Virus record (IMG/VR): IMGVR_UViG_3300016667_000137
Coordinates: 1 to 30,270 of that record
Direction: 5' to 3' (one strand)
Length of the DNA stretch: 30,270 nt
Source: a virus
Taxonomy: Duplodnaviria; Caudoviricetes
The notes below the pieces were generated by a model that did not search any database, was not told the DNA's origin, and saw only the letters and a list, made by a program, of their open reading frames with translations. Shown piece after piece: positions 16,720 through 25,884 of this stretch (position 1 is the first letter of the stretch; every line of letters begins with the position of its first letter). A program made the translations under genes and the position numbers.

Positions 16720-17028
16720 ATGCAAGTAAACGATTATAACACAGATTACATAGATGTAACCTATCAAGGTAACGAATATCTATTAACACAGGTAGACATG
16801 ACTACATACATAAACTCGGACTTTTACGGAGTCGTTGAGATTCACTCATTAGTAGCACATATTTGTCCAGAGTATGGTGATGACATTCGTGTAATGGTAG
16901 ATGACAAATTTATTGAGCAACTCGAAAAAGAGTTAGTAGAATGGATGGATTGGGAGGAAGTAAGTAACCAACAATATTGGAATAGGATAGAGGCACTTTT
17001 CCCTGAGGATATAGATGAGGATTATTAA
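16720..17028 (+). CDS. Hypothetical acidic protein
   Basis: 102-aa ORF, D/E-rich. Confidence 0.6.
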   Translation: MQVNDYNTDYIDVTYQGNEYLLTQVDMTTYINSDFYGVVEIHSLVAHICPEYGDDIRVMVDDKFIEQLEKELVEWMDWEEVSNQQYWNRIEALFPEDIDEDY

Positions 17029-17071
17029 CAATCGTATAGGCGCATCATTAGTTGCGCTTATACTTTGTTAA
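17025..17071 (+). repeat. Imperfect palindrome TAAC...GTTA (attC-like hairpin or RNA stem)
   Basis: TAACAA/TTGTTA outer arm and GTATAGGCGCA/TGCGCTTATAC inner arm. Confidence 0.65.
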
Positions 17072-17078
17072 ATTTTAA

Positions 17079-17606
17079 ATGAATATGAAGAAGTGTAAAA
17101 TTTGTAAAGCTGAGTTTAAACAAGTCTATTCAACAACTCAGTCAACCTGTAGTGTAACATGTGCAGTTATTTTAGCCAATCAAAAAAAGCAAAAGGATTG
17201 GGAGAAAAGGAAACGCAGCGTAAAAGAGGAATTAAGAACGATTCAAGACTATATCAAAATAGCACAGCAAGTGTTTAATAAGTACATAAGGTTAAGAGAC
17301 CAAGGTCAACCATGCATTGCATGTGGAAGTAAAGAAATGAAGAAAGTTAACGCATCACATTTTTATTCCGCTGGTGGACACTATGCAGTCAGGTTTGATG
17401 AGCGAAATGTACATAGTGGCTGTGAGCATTGCAACACTTTTTTGAGCGGTAATCTCTTGAAGTACAGAGAGAATTTATTAGCAAAATTAGGTTATGAAGA
17501 GTTTGAAAGATTGAGTTTTGATGCGATGAAAACACGGAACTACACAAAGGAAGAACTAAAAGAAATAATAGACACCTACAAGAATAAAATAAAAGCCTTA
17601 AATTAG
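17079..17606 (+). CDS. ninG: NinG/Rap recombination nuclease
   Basis: CxxC...FNKYIRLRD...CIACG...ASHF...RFDERNVHSGCEHCN...SGN. Confidence 0.9.
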   Translation: MNMKKCKICKAEFKQVYSTTQSTCSVTCAVILANQKKQKDWEKRKRSVKEELRTIQDYIKIAQQVFNKYIRLRDQGQPCIACGSKEMKKVNASHFYSAGGHYAVRFDERNVHSGCEHCNTFLSGNLLKYRENLLAKLGYEEFERLSFDAMKTRNYTKEELKEIIDTYKNKIKALN

Positions 17607-17611
17607 TAGGC

Positions 17612-18151
17612 GTGAACAAGAATAGAATGCTTACCGAAGTAGCCAAGCATCACAAAGAGTGGTGTAGAATCGTAAAAGGTTTTGGTGAATCAAATTATAC
17701 GGAAGACGTAGTGCAAGAAATGTACATCCGAGTATACAAGTACGGACAAGAGGATAAAGTAATAACGCCAAACGGAGTAAACAAATCATTCGTGTGGTTC
17801 ATGCTTAGGAACGTTTACTTAGACGTATGTAAGCGAAGGAATAAAGTTGATGAGGTTAAACTAACTGAGGATTTTAAACTACTCAGTCCAGATAGCGACC
17901 AAGAAAAACACGAAGCATACAAGCGACTACTTCAAAAGATGAATCAAGAGATGGATAAATGGGAGTGGTACGATAAAATGCTGTTTGAACTATACAGAGA
18001 TTCAGGAATGAGTTTAAGACAAATGAGTAAGGCAACAACGATAAGCACACGATCAATCTTTCATACGATAAAGCAATGTAAGATCAGGTTGGCTGAAAAT
18101 GTAGGAGAGGATTACGCAGATTATATAAATCAAGACTTTGAATTGATATGA
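17612..18151 (+). CDS. ECF/sigma-70-like sigma factor (late transcription)
   Basis: Region-2-like EDVVQEMYI...FVWFMLRNVYLD; region-4 HTH GMSLRQMSKATTISTRSIFHTI; GTG start. Confidence 0.8.
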   Translation: MNKNRMLTEVAKHHKEWCRIVKGFGESNYTEDVVQEMYIRVYKYGQEDKVITPNGVNKSFVWFMLRNVYLDVCKRRNKVDEVKLTEDFKLLSPDSDQEKHEAYKRLLQKMNQEMDKWEWYDKMLFELYRDSGMSLRQMSKATTISTRSIFHTIKQCKIRLAENVGEDYADYINQDFELI

Positions 18152-18546
18152 CACAAAAGAGAAAAAGACGAACCAAAGCAGAAATACTTGCAGCTAAAAG
18201 CGAAGGTTTAGGAGATAGCCTTGAAAAGGTATTTGAAGCTACAGGAATATCATCAGCGGTTAAATTCATCTTTGGTGAGGATTGCGGATGCGACAAGCGT
18301 AAAGAATTATTAAATGAGATATTTCCTTATAGAAAGCCGAACTGCCTCACAGAAACAGAATACAAATACTTAGATGGTTTCTTCAATAAAGGTAGTCAGG
18401 CTGTAACAAGAGACGAGCAAGTGAAGTTATTAGATATATACAACAGAGTCTTAAACACGAACAAACAGCCAAGCAGCTGCGGTAGTTGTGTGAGGGACAT
18501 GGTAAACCAATTGAAACGAATTTATAACAGCTATGCCAATACCTAA
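18148..18546 (+). CDS. Hypothetical Cys-motif protein
   Basis: GLGDSLEKV...TGI...DCGCDKRKELLN...CGSC. Confidence 0.65.
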   Translation: MTQKRKRRTKAEILAAKSEGLGDSLEKVFEATGISSAVKFIFGEDCGCDKRKELLNEIFPYRKPNCLTETEYKYLDGFFNKGSQAVTRDEQVKLLDIYNRVLNTNKQPSSCGSCVRDMVNQLKRIYNSYANT

Positions 18547-18964
18547 ACCACAAAAAGGCGAACACCAATCTGACTTTATGCAAAAGTGCATGAGCGACGA
18601 TAAAATGATTCAAGAATACGAAATAGAACAAAGAGCAGCAATATGCAGGTCAGCATGGGAAGAACACCTCGCAGCTTCTAAGATAAGTTTTGACTTCGAC
18701 GGAGTATTGAGTACAAAGAAAGGATTTGATTTAGCACAGAGCTTAATTGATCAAGGAGCAGACGTATATATCATTTCTGCACGAGGTTCAAAAGACGGAC
18801 TAATGCCAAGAGCAAACAGATTAAACATACCAGAGTCAAGAGTATACGCAACAGGGAGTAACAAGGCAAAAGTAGAAAAGGTAAAAGAGTTAAACATCGA
18901 CACTCACTACGACAACAATCCTGATGTGATAAAAGAGTTAGGAGATAAAGGAAAACTATTTTGA
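18533..18964 (+). CDS. HAD-superfamily hydrolase with small N-terminal domain
   Basis: ISFDFDGVL (DxD), IISAR, K, HYDNN. Confidence 0.68.
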   Translation: MPIPKPQKGEHQSDFMQKCMSDDKMIQEYEIEQRAAICRSAWEEHLAASKISFDFDGVLSTKKGFDLAQSLIDQGADVYIISARGSKDGLMPRANRLNIPESRVYATGSNKAKVEKVKELNIDTHYDNNPDVIKELGDKGKLF

Positions 18965-18992
18965 ATAATTAACTAATTATTTTTTTTTAATT

Positions 18993-19274
18993 ATGGATAA
19001 ACGTAAATATAACGGGGGTCATTCAACTAAAGGTAAGGCAGGACGTAAATCTTTATCAGATGAAATAAAAGGATTTACATTAGCACAACCATATGTAGAA
19101 GATGCGTTTAGAGTGATAGCCGAAATAATGATAGATGAAAATAAAAGGCCAGCAGATCGTATAGCAAGTGCAAAAATATTAATTGAGTATGGTTGTGGTA
19201 AACCAAAAGAAACAGTTGATACCAATTTAACGGTGAATGAGTTTGACATCAAGTCCATTATTGGCATTAAATAA
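18993..19274 (+). CDS. terS: Terminase small subunit (putative)
   Basis: GG...AGRK N-terminus, small and helical, immediately upstream of TerL. Confidence 0.65.
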   Translation: MDKRKYNGGHSTKGKAGRKSLSDEIKGFTLAQPYVEDAFRVIAEIMIDENKRPADRIASAKILIEYGCGKPKETVDTNLTVNEFDIKSIIGIK

Positions 19275-20466
19275 AAAGTATACAGGCCTATTCACGGATA
19301 GTAGATACTTTGTTGTCACAGGTGGCCGTGGTAGTGGTAAGTCTTTTTCCGTTAACAGCTTTTTATTGGCCCTAACTTATGAAGCGGGCCATGTAATACT
19401 ATTCACACGTTACACGCTTACATCAGCTCACGTTTCGATCATTCCCGAATTTGTAGAAAAGATTGATCTAATTGATAGGTTTAGCGACTTTCACATAACA
19501 AAAGACGAAATAATAAATCTAAAGACAGGAAGCAGAATACTATTCAAAGGAATCAAAACAAGTAGTGGTACACAAACAGCAAGTCTTAAATCATTGTCAG
19601 GGGTCACTACATGGGTGTTAGATGAAGCAGAAGAACTTATTGATGAAGATGTATTCGATAAGATAGATTATTCCATTAGACACAAGGAAAAACAAAACAG
19701 AGTAATACTGATTTTAAACCCTGCCACAAAAGAGCATTTTATTTATCAAAAGTTCTTTGAGGCCAAAGGCGTGCAAGCAGGCAGTAACTTAGTAAAAGAC
19801 GATACAACGTACATTCACACCACATATGAGGATAACATTGAAAACCTATCCGAAAGTTTCTTAAATCAAATAAAAACGATACAAGAGCGCAGGCCTGATA
19901 AATATAAGCATACAATACTTGGAGGTTGGTTAGACAAAGCCGAAGGAGTTATATTTACTAATTGGAAAATTGGTAAGTTCAATAATGATAATGGTTCGGT
20001 GTTTGGTCAGGATTACGGATTTAGTTCCGATCCATCTACATTGGTTGAGACATCCATAAATAAAGATACACGAACTATATACGCAAAGCTGCATGTATAC
20101 CAAGCAGGATTAAACACATCGCAGTTAGCACAATTAAACAGACAATTTGCAGGTACCGGATTAATAGTGGCCGATAATGCAGAACCACGATTGATAAACG
20201 AATTAAAAGAGAACCATAAGTTAAATATTGTGCCTACAATTAAAGGCGCTGATTCTGTCAAGTATGGGATTAGTTTGATTCAAGACTATGAACTTATTAT
20301 AGATGAAAACTCAGTTGATTTAATTAAAGAGTTAAATAATTACAGATGGTTGGAAAAGAAGTCAGAAACACCTATTGATAAATATAATCATGCTATTGAT
20401 GCGTTACGTTATGCTGTATCGTATCAATTGGTCAATGCTCACAAAGGGAAATACTATATTTACTAA
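19237..20466 (+). CDS. terL: Terminase large subunit (PBSX/SPP1-like); start may be TTG 19261
   Basis: VTGGRGSGKS, WVLDEAEE, LNP, GQDYGFSSDP, NHAIDALRY. Confidence 0.93.
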   Translation: MSLTSSPLLALNKKYTGLFTDSRYFVVTGGRGSGKSFSVNSFLLALTYEAGHVILFTRYTLTSAHVSIIPEFVEKIDLIDRFSDFHITKDEIINLKTGSRILFKGIKTSSGTQTASLKSLSGVTTWVLDEAEELIDEDVFDKIDYSIRHKEKQNRVILILNPATKEHFIYQKFFEAKGVQAGSNLVKDDTTYIHTTYEDNIENLSESFLNQIKTIQERRPDKYKHTILGGWLDKAEGVIFTNWKIGKFNNDNGSVFGQDYGFSSDPSTLVETSINKDTRTIYAKLHVYQAGLNTSQLAQLNRQFAGTGLIVADNAEPRLINELKENHKLNIVPTIKGADSVKYGISLIQDYELIIDENSVDLIKELNNYRWLEKKSETPIDKYNHAIDALRYAVSYQLVNAHKGKYYIY

Positions 20467-20630
20467 TGGAGATAGAAGTGATGAAAGCTGTAGTTGAAGA
20501 ATACATCTACAAAAAGACGAACAGAAGAGTGAAGATAGTGTTAGATAATCCTATGAGTATGCGTAAGCACTTTGTATTACTATCCGAGGCATACAGTTAT
20601 GCGCTTATGTACAACGAAAAGAATAAATAA
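20466..20630 (+). CDS. Hypothetical protein (54 aa), not in ORF track
   Basis: TAATG coupling to terL; MEIEVMKAVVEEYIYKKT... Confidence 0.6.
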   Translation: MEIEVMKAVVEEYIYKKTNRRVKIVLDNPMSMRKHFVLLSEAYSYALMYNEKNK

Positions 20631-20635
20631 AAGTT
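20610..20635 (+). promoter_or_regulatory. Putative ECF-type late promoter
   Basis: TACAACG-N14-AAGTT, 8 nt before ATG 20644. Confidence 0.55.
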
Positions 20636-20643
20636 AGTTAGTT

Positions 20644-21398
20644 ATGAAGTTAGAGTTGGTTATACCTACTAAATTGAGTGAGATACCTTTGATGCACTAC
20701 CAAAAGTTTATTGAGGTGTCCGAAAACTCGAATGATGAGGAGTTTATAGCACAGAAGATGATTGAGTTATTCTGTGGTATAGAACTTAAAAGCGTGGTTA
20801 AGATTAAAATGACCGATGTAAACAAGTTGGTCGAACATTTCACTAAGCTATTCGAGTCACAACCAAAGTTTCAACATAGGTTTAAAATCCAAGATAAGGA
20901 GTTTGGTTTCATTCCGGACTTAGAAAACATTTCATTTGGAGAGTATATAGATTTAGATTCAAACTTAGGCGACATCCAAAAACTGAATAAGGCTATGGCT
21001 GTAATGTATAGACCTATCACCAAAACGTTTAAAGACAAATACGAAATAGAGGATTACCAAGGTTCTGCCAATTACGCAGAGGTCATGAAGTATGCACCTG
21101 TAGATGTAGCACTTGGTGCAACGGTTTTTTTTTATCGTTTAAGAAGCGAGTTATTGAAGGCTACCCTGCATTATTTGGAGAGGGAAGTGGAGACGATGAC
21201 ATCAACGAATACAGCGAAGAAGCGCAATTTGGAAAGCAATGGGGATGGTATCAGTCAATATACGCAATTGCTCAAGGTGATGTCGGAAGATTTGACAACG
21301 TTACTCGAATGGGACTACTCAAATGCCTTACCTACCTTACTTTCGAAAAGCAGAAAAACGAAATCGAATCAAGAAAAATTAAAAGAAGCATAAAATGA
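20644..21398 (+). CDS. Tail assembly chaperone-like gene with probable -1 frameshift (frame 0 ends 21393; shifted product ends 21398)
   Basis: T9 run 21125-21133; -1 frame open to TGA 21396-98, forming ATGA with next gene. Confidence 0.65.
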
Positions 21399-21844
21399 GT
21401 TATTACCACGTTTTAGATACATTAAAAAATCATTTAGATAATGATCCCTTTGTAAACACGGTCAGCGAAGGATCGGTATACAAGGTTGATTTAAATAAGC
21501 AAACTATATTTCCATTATCACACATAGTGGTAAACTCATCCACGTTTATAGATAACGTCATTCAGTTCAACGTATCGATCATGGCTATGGATGTGCTTGA
21601 CGTATCCAAAGAAGAGCCTGATGCATTTCGAGGCAACGATAATGAACAAGATGTAATGAATACGCAATTAGCTGTCTTAAATCGCTTGTATGAGTCTTTG
21701 AGACGTGGTGACTTATATTCAAGTAAATTTCAAATTGTAGGCACAGCAAACTGCGAACCATTCACGGATAGATTTGAGTCAGGTCTTGCAGGTTGGACAA
21801 TGACATTAGACGTTCAAGTGCCTAATGAAATGACTATCTGCTAA
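21395..21844 (+). CDS. Tail terminator/completion-like protein
   Basis: 149 aa, IFPLSHI...FNVSIMAMD...AGWTMTLDV; position in tail cluster. Confidence 0.55.
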   Translation: MSYYHVLDTLKNHLDNDPFVNTVSEGSVYKVDLNKQTIFPLSHIVVNSSTFIDNVIQFNVSIMAMDVLDVSKEEPDAFRGNDNEQDVMNTQLAVLNRLYESLRRGDLYSSKFQIVGTANCEPFTDRFESGLAGWTMTLDVQVPNEMTIC

Positions 21845-22374
21845 TGCAGGAAAAAGCTGAAATATATAAGGCTTTAGATCGCTTCGTTAAGCACGTAACA
21901 AGCAGAGCAAAGGCTAACCTAACCAATGGAGATAGAAACGTCTCTAAGCGCTTATATAACTCAATTAAGGGAGAGATAACAATTAACTCGGAAAGGACTA
22001 CGGTAAAGTTCTTTATGGAGAAATACGGAGACTTTCAAGACCAAGGGGTTAAGGGTAAGAACTCAAGTGCCAAAGCACCTAACTCACCTTTTAAGTTTGG
22101 ATCGGGCAGAGGTAAAAAAGGCGGACTAACTGAGTCCATACAAAAATGGGTTGAAGCGAGGAGGTTTCAGTTTAAGGATAGAAAGAGCGGTAAGTTCATG
22201 TCATATAGGGCAACAGCTTTTCTAATTACACGAAGTATATATTCTAAAGGATTGAAGCCTACGTTATTTTTTACTAAGCCATACCAAGCAGCACTTAAAA
22301 ACCTACCTGATGAGTTGGCTAAGGAGTACGGATTGGAAGTTAAGAAGTTATTTAAAGAAAGCATCAAGAAATGA
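21844..22374 (+). CDS. Tail completion/neck protein (HK97 gp10-like)
   Basis: Basic protein, LYNSI...YGDFQDQG...KGLKPTLFF. Confidence 0.55.
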   Translation: MQEKAEIYKALDRFVKHVTSRAKANLTNGDRNVSKRLYNSIKGEITINSERTTVKFFMEKYGDFQDQGVKGKNSSAKAPNSPFKFGSGRGKKGGLTESIQKWVEARRFQFKDRKSGKFMSYRATAFLITRSIYSKGLKPTLFFTKPYQAALKNLPDELAKEYGLEVKKLFKESIKK

Positions 22375-23432
22375 TAATACAAGCACGTTCACCTTTTATC
22401 GTAGAAGTAGACGAGATAAACCAAACAGCAAGTAAGGTATTGCTATATATTTGGAATGGCTACGGAAGTGCGCCAGGTTCTCCTACGTACACGCTACAGA
22501 AGAATATACCAAGCGCCACAAACACGAAAACAACTTACAACATAAGCCCATTTCTTAAGGAGTATTTGAGTCATGTTTCACCTGCAAGTGTAACAACACC
22601 TACAACAAATAACTCAAACGAATGGTGTCAGGTTCAAGTTAGACGATATAAGATAATAGGTACAACTGAAACGCTTTTAGATACAACTACTTACGACGTA
22701 GTTGATGGTTTTAATTTATATACTGATGGATACAATCACGATAACGGACACGCTTTACTTACTGAGGGTACTTATTATTATCCATTGGGCGAAAGTAATA
22801 TTGGATCACTACTTGTAAGAAACGATAGTGGGAGCGCAAGTTATGTGACTGTGAGATGGTTTAACTACGTGACTAATGTAATGACACAAAGCACCTTTAG
22901 TACAAAGGAGTGGAAAGACTTTCCTTATGTGAACACGCCAAACGTAAGCGCAGGTAATAGAATGACCATTACAAAATATGCTACAGGCGGAACTATTTTA
23001 AGTTCAAAGGAGTACCACTTTAGACCAATCAACGAATGCTTCTATACACCTGTAGAGTGTGACTTCATCAATAAATTAGGTGGATGGCAAAAGACATGGT
23101 TCTTTAAAGCAAGTAACGATAGTTTAAGTGTTGAGAATCAAGGCTATAACTTACTACAAGCTAACCTTGTGAATTATGACGTTCAAGAAGGACAGCGTAA
23201 AATGTTCAACACATTAGGTAAAAAATCAATTAAGGTTAACACTGGGTATGTGTCGGAAGAGTACAACAAGGTACTTCAGGAGTTGATGTTGTCGGAACGT
23301 ATCTTGATCAATGGCGGTCCTGTAGTGATGAACACCAAAAACACGGAGTTATTCAAGAACATAAACACCAAGCTGATTAACTACCAATTGGATTTTGAAT
23401 TTGCTTACGATTATAATACCACGGTTGTATAA
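22371..23432 (+). CDS. Tail tip/distal tail structural protein (putative)
   Basis: 353 aa, beta-rich, FINKLGGWQ motif, coupled to next gene. Confidence 0.55.
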   Translation: MIIQARSPFIVEVDEINQTASKVLLYIWNGYGSAPGSPTYTLQKNIPSATNTKTTYNISPFLKEYLSHVSPASVTTPTTNNSNEWCQVQVRRYKIIGTTETLLDTTTYDVVDGFNLYTDGYNHDNGHALLTEGTYYYPLGESNIGSLLVRNDSGSASYVTVRWFNYVTNVMTQSTFSTKEWKDFPYVNTPNVSAGNRMTITKYATGGTILSSKEYHFRPINECFYTPVECDFINKLGGWQKTWFFKASNDSLSVENQGYNLLQANLVNYDVQEGQRKMFNTLGKKSIKVNTGYVSEEYNKVLQELMLSERILINGGPVVMNTKNTELFKNINTKLINYQLDFEFAYDYNTTVV

Positions 23433-25726
23433 TGAGAAAGGTACAAGTATACATTGAAGGACAGCGTTTAGAACTATTCAATGATGAGAGTATAAACGTA
23501 AACTCAAGCGTTCAAAATTATAAGGATTTAGCGAAGTTGTTTACTGATTTCTCACAATCGTTTAGTGTTCCTGCCACACCACATAACAACCAGATATTTG
23601 AACACTTTTACCAAACGGATGTAAATGGTTCACTTAACTACCAATTAAGAAGGGCAGCAAGCATAGAGATTGACTTAATTCCATTTAGAACAGGAAAGAT
23701 TCAACTTGAGAAAGCCAACGTTAAGGACAACATGCCTTATTCGTATACTATTACTTTCTATGGTGACATACGTACATTAGCGGACTTATTCGGTGATGAC
23801 AAACTAAGCAGTTTAGATTACTCAGCTTATACGCATGAGTACACAGGTGCCAATGTTCAAACACGAATAACAAGTGGGTCAAGTTATGATGTAAGGTATC
23901 CGTTAATTTCAAGCAGTAGACTTTGGAGTTATGGAGACAACACAAACACGGACATAACACTTCCATCTCATGCGATTGATTACACAGAGTTAGCACCTGC
24001 GTTAAGGATAAATAGAATCGTTGAAGCAATTGAAACAAAGTATGGTATAGACTTTCAAGGTAACTTTCTTACTGACAAGAGATTCACGAATTGTTATTTG
24101 TATTTAAAGAACTCGGATACATTTAATTTCTTTACTGATGAACAAGTAGTTCCTATCACTTATGGTAATGACAACGGAGACTACTTTAACACGACTGACA
24201 ATACTTTAAAGATATTAGGAAGAACTAATGTCAGTCAACAGCATCGCATACAATTAAAGGTTACTTATGCATCCTTAGGAGACCCTGTAAGATGGTATAT
24301 AGATGTTTATAGAAATGGGCTATTATACACTACCATTAATGGTACAGGATCATCTTTATGGTATACAGTTGAGAACATTTTTTTAGATGAGAACGACCAA
24401 TATACGTATCAATTTAAGGTAAGGGCGAACAATCCTTTAGACATAGTAATAGCGGTAAATTACTATACATATTTTTATGATCCATCTGGAAACTATTACG
24501 ACTCATATACATCCAATGGGGACGAGATTTCTTTAAGTGGTAACATCAACCTAAACACGAACATGCCTGATATGTTGGTTAAAGACTTCATGGCAGGTAT
24601 ACTAAAGGAGTTCAACTTAACGTGTTATGGTTTAAGTCCTTACACATTTAAACTTCAAACACTTGAGGAATGGTATGGATCTGGCGAGATAGTAGACTTC
24701 ACAAAGTACACAATCACGGACTCAATAGATTACGAGCGTGTAAAGCTATTCAAACGAATAAGCTACGAGCATGAGGAGTCTAAGTCATTTATGAACGTTC
24801 AGTTCAAGGAATTGTTTAACCGAGAATATGGGTCATTAGAACAGGCTTATGATTACGATGGAGAGGAGTATGTAGTTAAAGTTCCTTTTGAAAACTTACT
24901 TCACCAAAAGTTCACAGGCACTAACTTACAAGTGGGTTATTGCTTAGAGCCAAATGACTACAAGCCTTATATACCTAAACCAATGTTGTTGTATATGTAT
25001 GAACAGCAAGCGTGTTCATTTAAATTCGACAATGGTACTACAACAGCAACCATAAGCAACTACATGCCATTTGGTCAAGATTTGTATTACAACTTTGATA
25101 ACTTTTCTTTGAACTTTGGCAATGACATTTCAAGCCTATTAGAAGTAAACATACCAAGGGGAATTTACCAAGAATACTACTCACCTTATATTCTAAATCT
25201 ATACCAAGCAAAGAATCGTTTGGTATACGTTAAGATGATACTTCCTGTCACTAAACTAACACGATTAAAACTGAATGATAGAATCGTAATTAGAGACAAG
25301 AGGTATATAATAAATGAAATGAAGTCCAACCTAACTACAGGTGAAGTAGACTTTGTTTTAATGCTGGACTTTAGAGAAGTTAAACCAAGACAACCGAGAA
25401 TAGTAGTACCAAGAGAAGGAGGAGAAGTTGCTATACCTTGGGCAATGCCTAATGGAGTTTCAAGTGTTTCAATGGTTGCACCTACTGGTGTAAGTGTTTC
25501 TCCTTCAACAATCACAGAAGATGCACAATTATTAATGGTATTCGACCCAAACACGGACGAAATAAATACGTTCATTACAGAGGCTTCTGAGGACTTTATT
25601 TTTGAAGACTACATCAATATACGAAGTGAAGAAGGAAGTGTTGTCAGTCACGCTGTAACGGTAACTGAGACCTATCAAAACGGAGATACTAATACTTACG
25701 ATTTCATAATAACTCAAGCAGGATGA
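23432..25726 (+). CDS. Large tail tip/baseplate hub protein (putative)
   Basis: 764 aa, FSQSFSVPA...NNQIF N-terminus, precedes tape measure. Confidence 0.6.
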   Translation: MRKVQVYIEGQRLELFNDESINVNSSVQNYKDLAKLFTDFSQSFSVPATPHNNQIFEHFYQTDVNGSLNYQLRRAASIEIDLIPFRTGKIQLEKANVKDNMPYSYTITFYGDIRTLADLFGDDKLSSLDYSAYTHEYTGANVQTRITSGSSYDVRYPLISSSRLWSYGDNTNTDITLPSHAIDYTELAPALRINRIVEAIETKYGIDFQGNFLTDKRFTNCYLYLKNSDTFNFFTDEQVVPITYGNDNGDYFNTTDNTLKILGRTNVSQQHRIQLKVTYASLGDPVRWYIDVYRNGLLYTTINGTGSSLWYTVENIFLDENDQYTYQFKVRANNPLDIVIAVNYYTYFYDPSGNYYDSYTSNGDEISLSGNINLNTNMPDMLVKDFMAGILKEFNLTCYGLSPYTFKLQTLEEWYGSGEIVDFTKYTITDSIDYERVKLFKRISYEHEESKSFMNVQFKELFNREYGSLEQAYDYDGEEYVVKVPFENLLHQKFTGTNLQVGYCLEPNDYKPYIPKPMLLYMYEQQACSFKFDNGTTTATISNYMPFGQDLYYNFDNFSLNFGNDISSLLEVNIPRGIYQEYYSPYILNLYQAKNRLVYVKMILPVTKLTRLKLNDRIVIRDKRYIINEMKSNLTTGEVDFVLMLDFREVKPRQPRIVVPREGGEVAIPWAMPNGVSSVSMVAPTGVSVSPSTITEDAQLLMVFDPNTDEINTFITEASEDFIFEDYINIRSEEGSVVSHAVTVTETYQNGDTNTYDFIITQAG

Positions 25727-25884
25727 TAAAGAATATAATTGACATGCTACAACTGGATGATCATGTAGCAAAACACGAATATATAGAGATAGCCAAAGGG
25801 AAGTATAAAATCCCAAAGACAATAAAGGAAGGATACAAACAAGCTAAACGTGAGTTTAAAAGTAAAGGTTTGACAAATGGCTGA
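25723..25884 (+). CDS. Hypothetical protein (53 aa), not in ORF track
   Basis: ATGA coupling; MIKNIIDML...IEIAKGKY...; overlaps tape measure start. Confidence 0.6.
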   Translation: MIKNIIDMLQLDDHVAKHEYIEIAKGKYKIPKTIKEGYKQAKREFKSKGLTNG

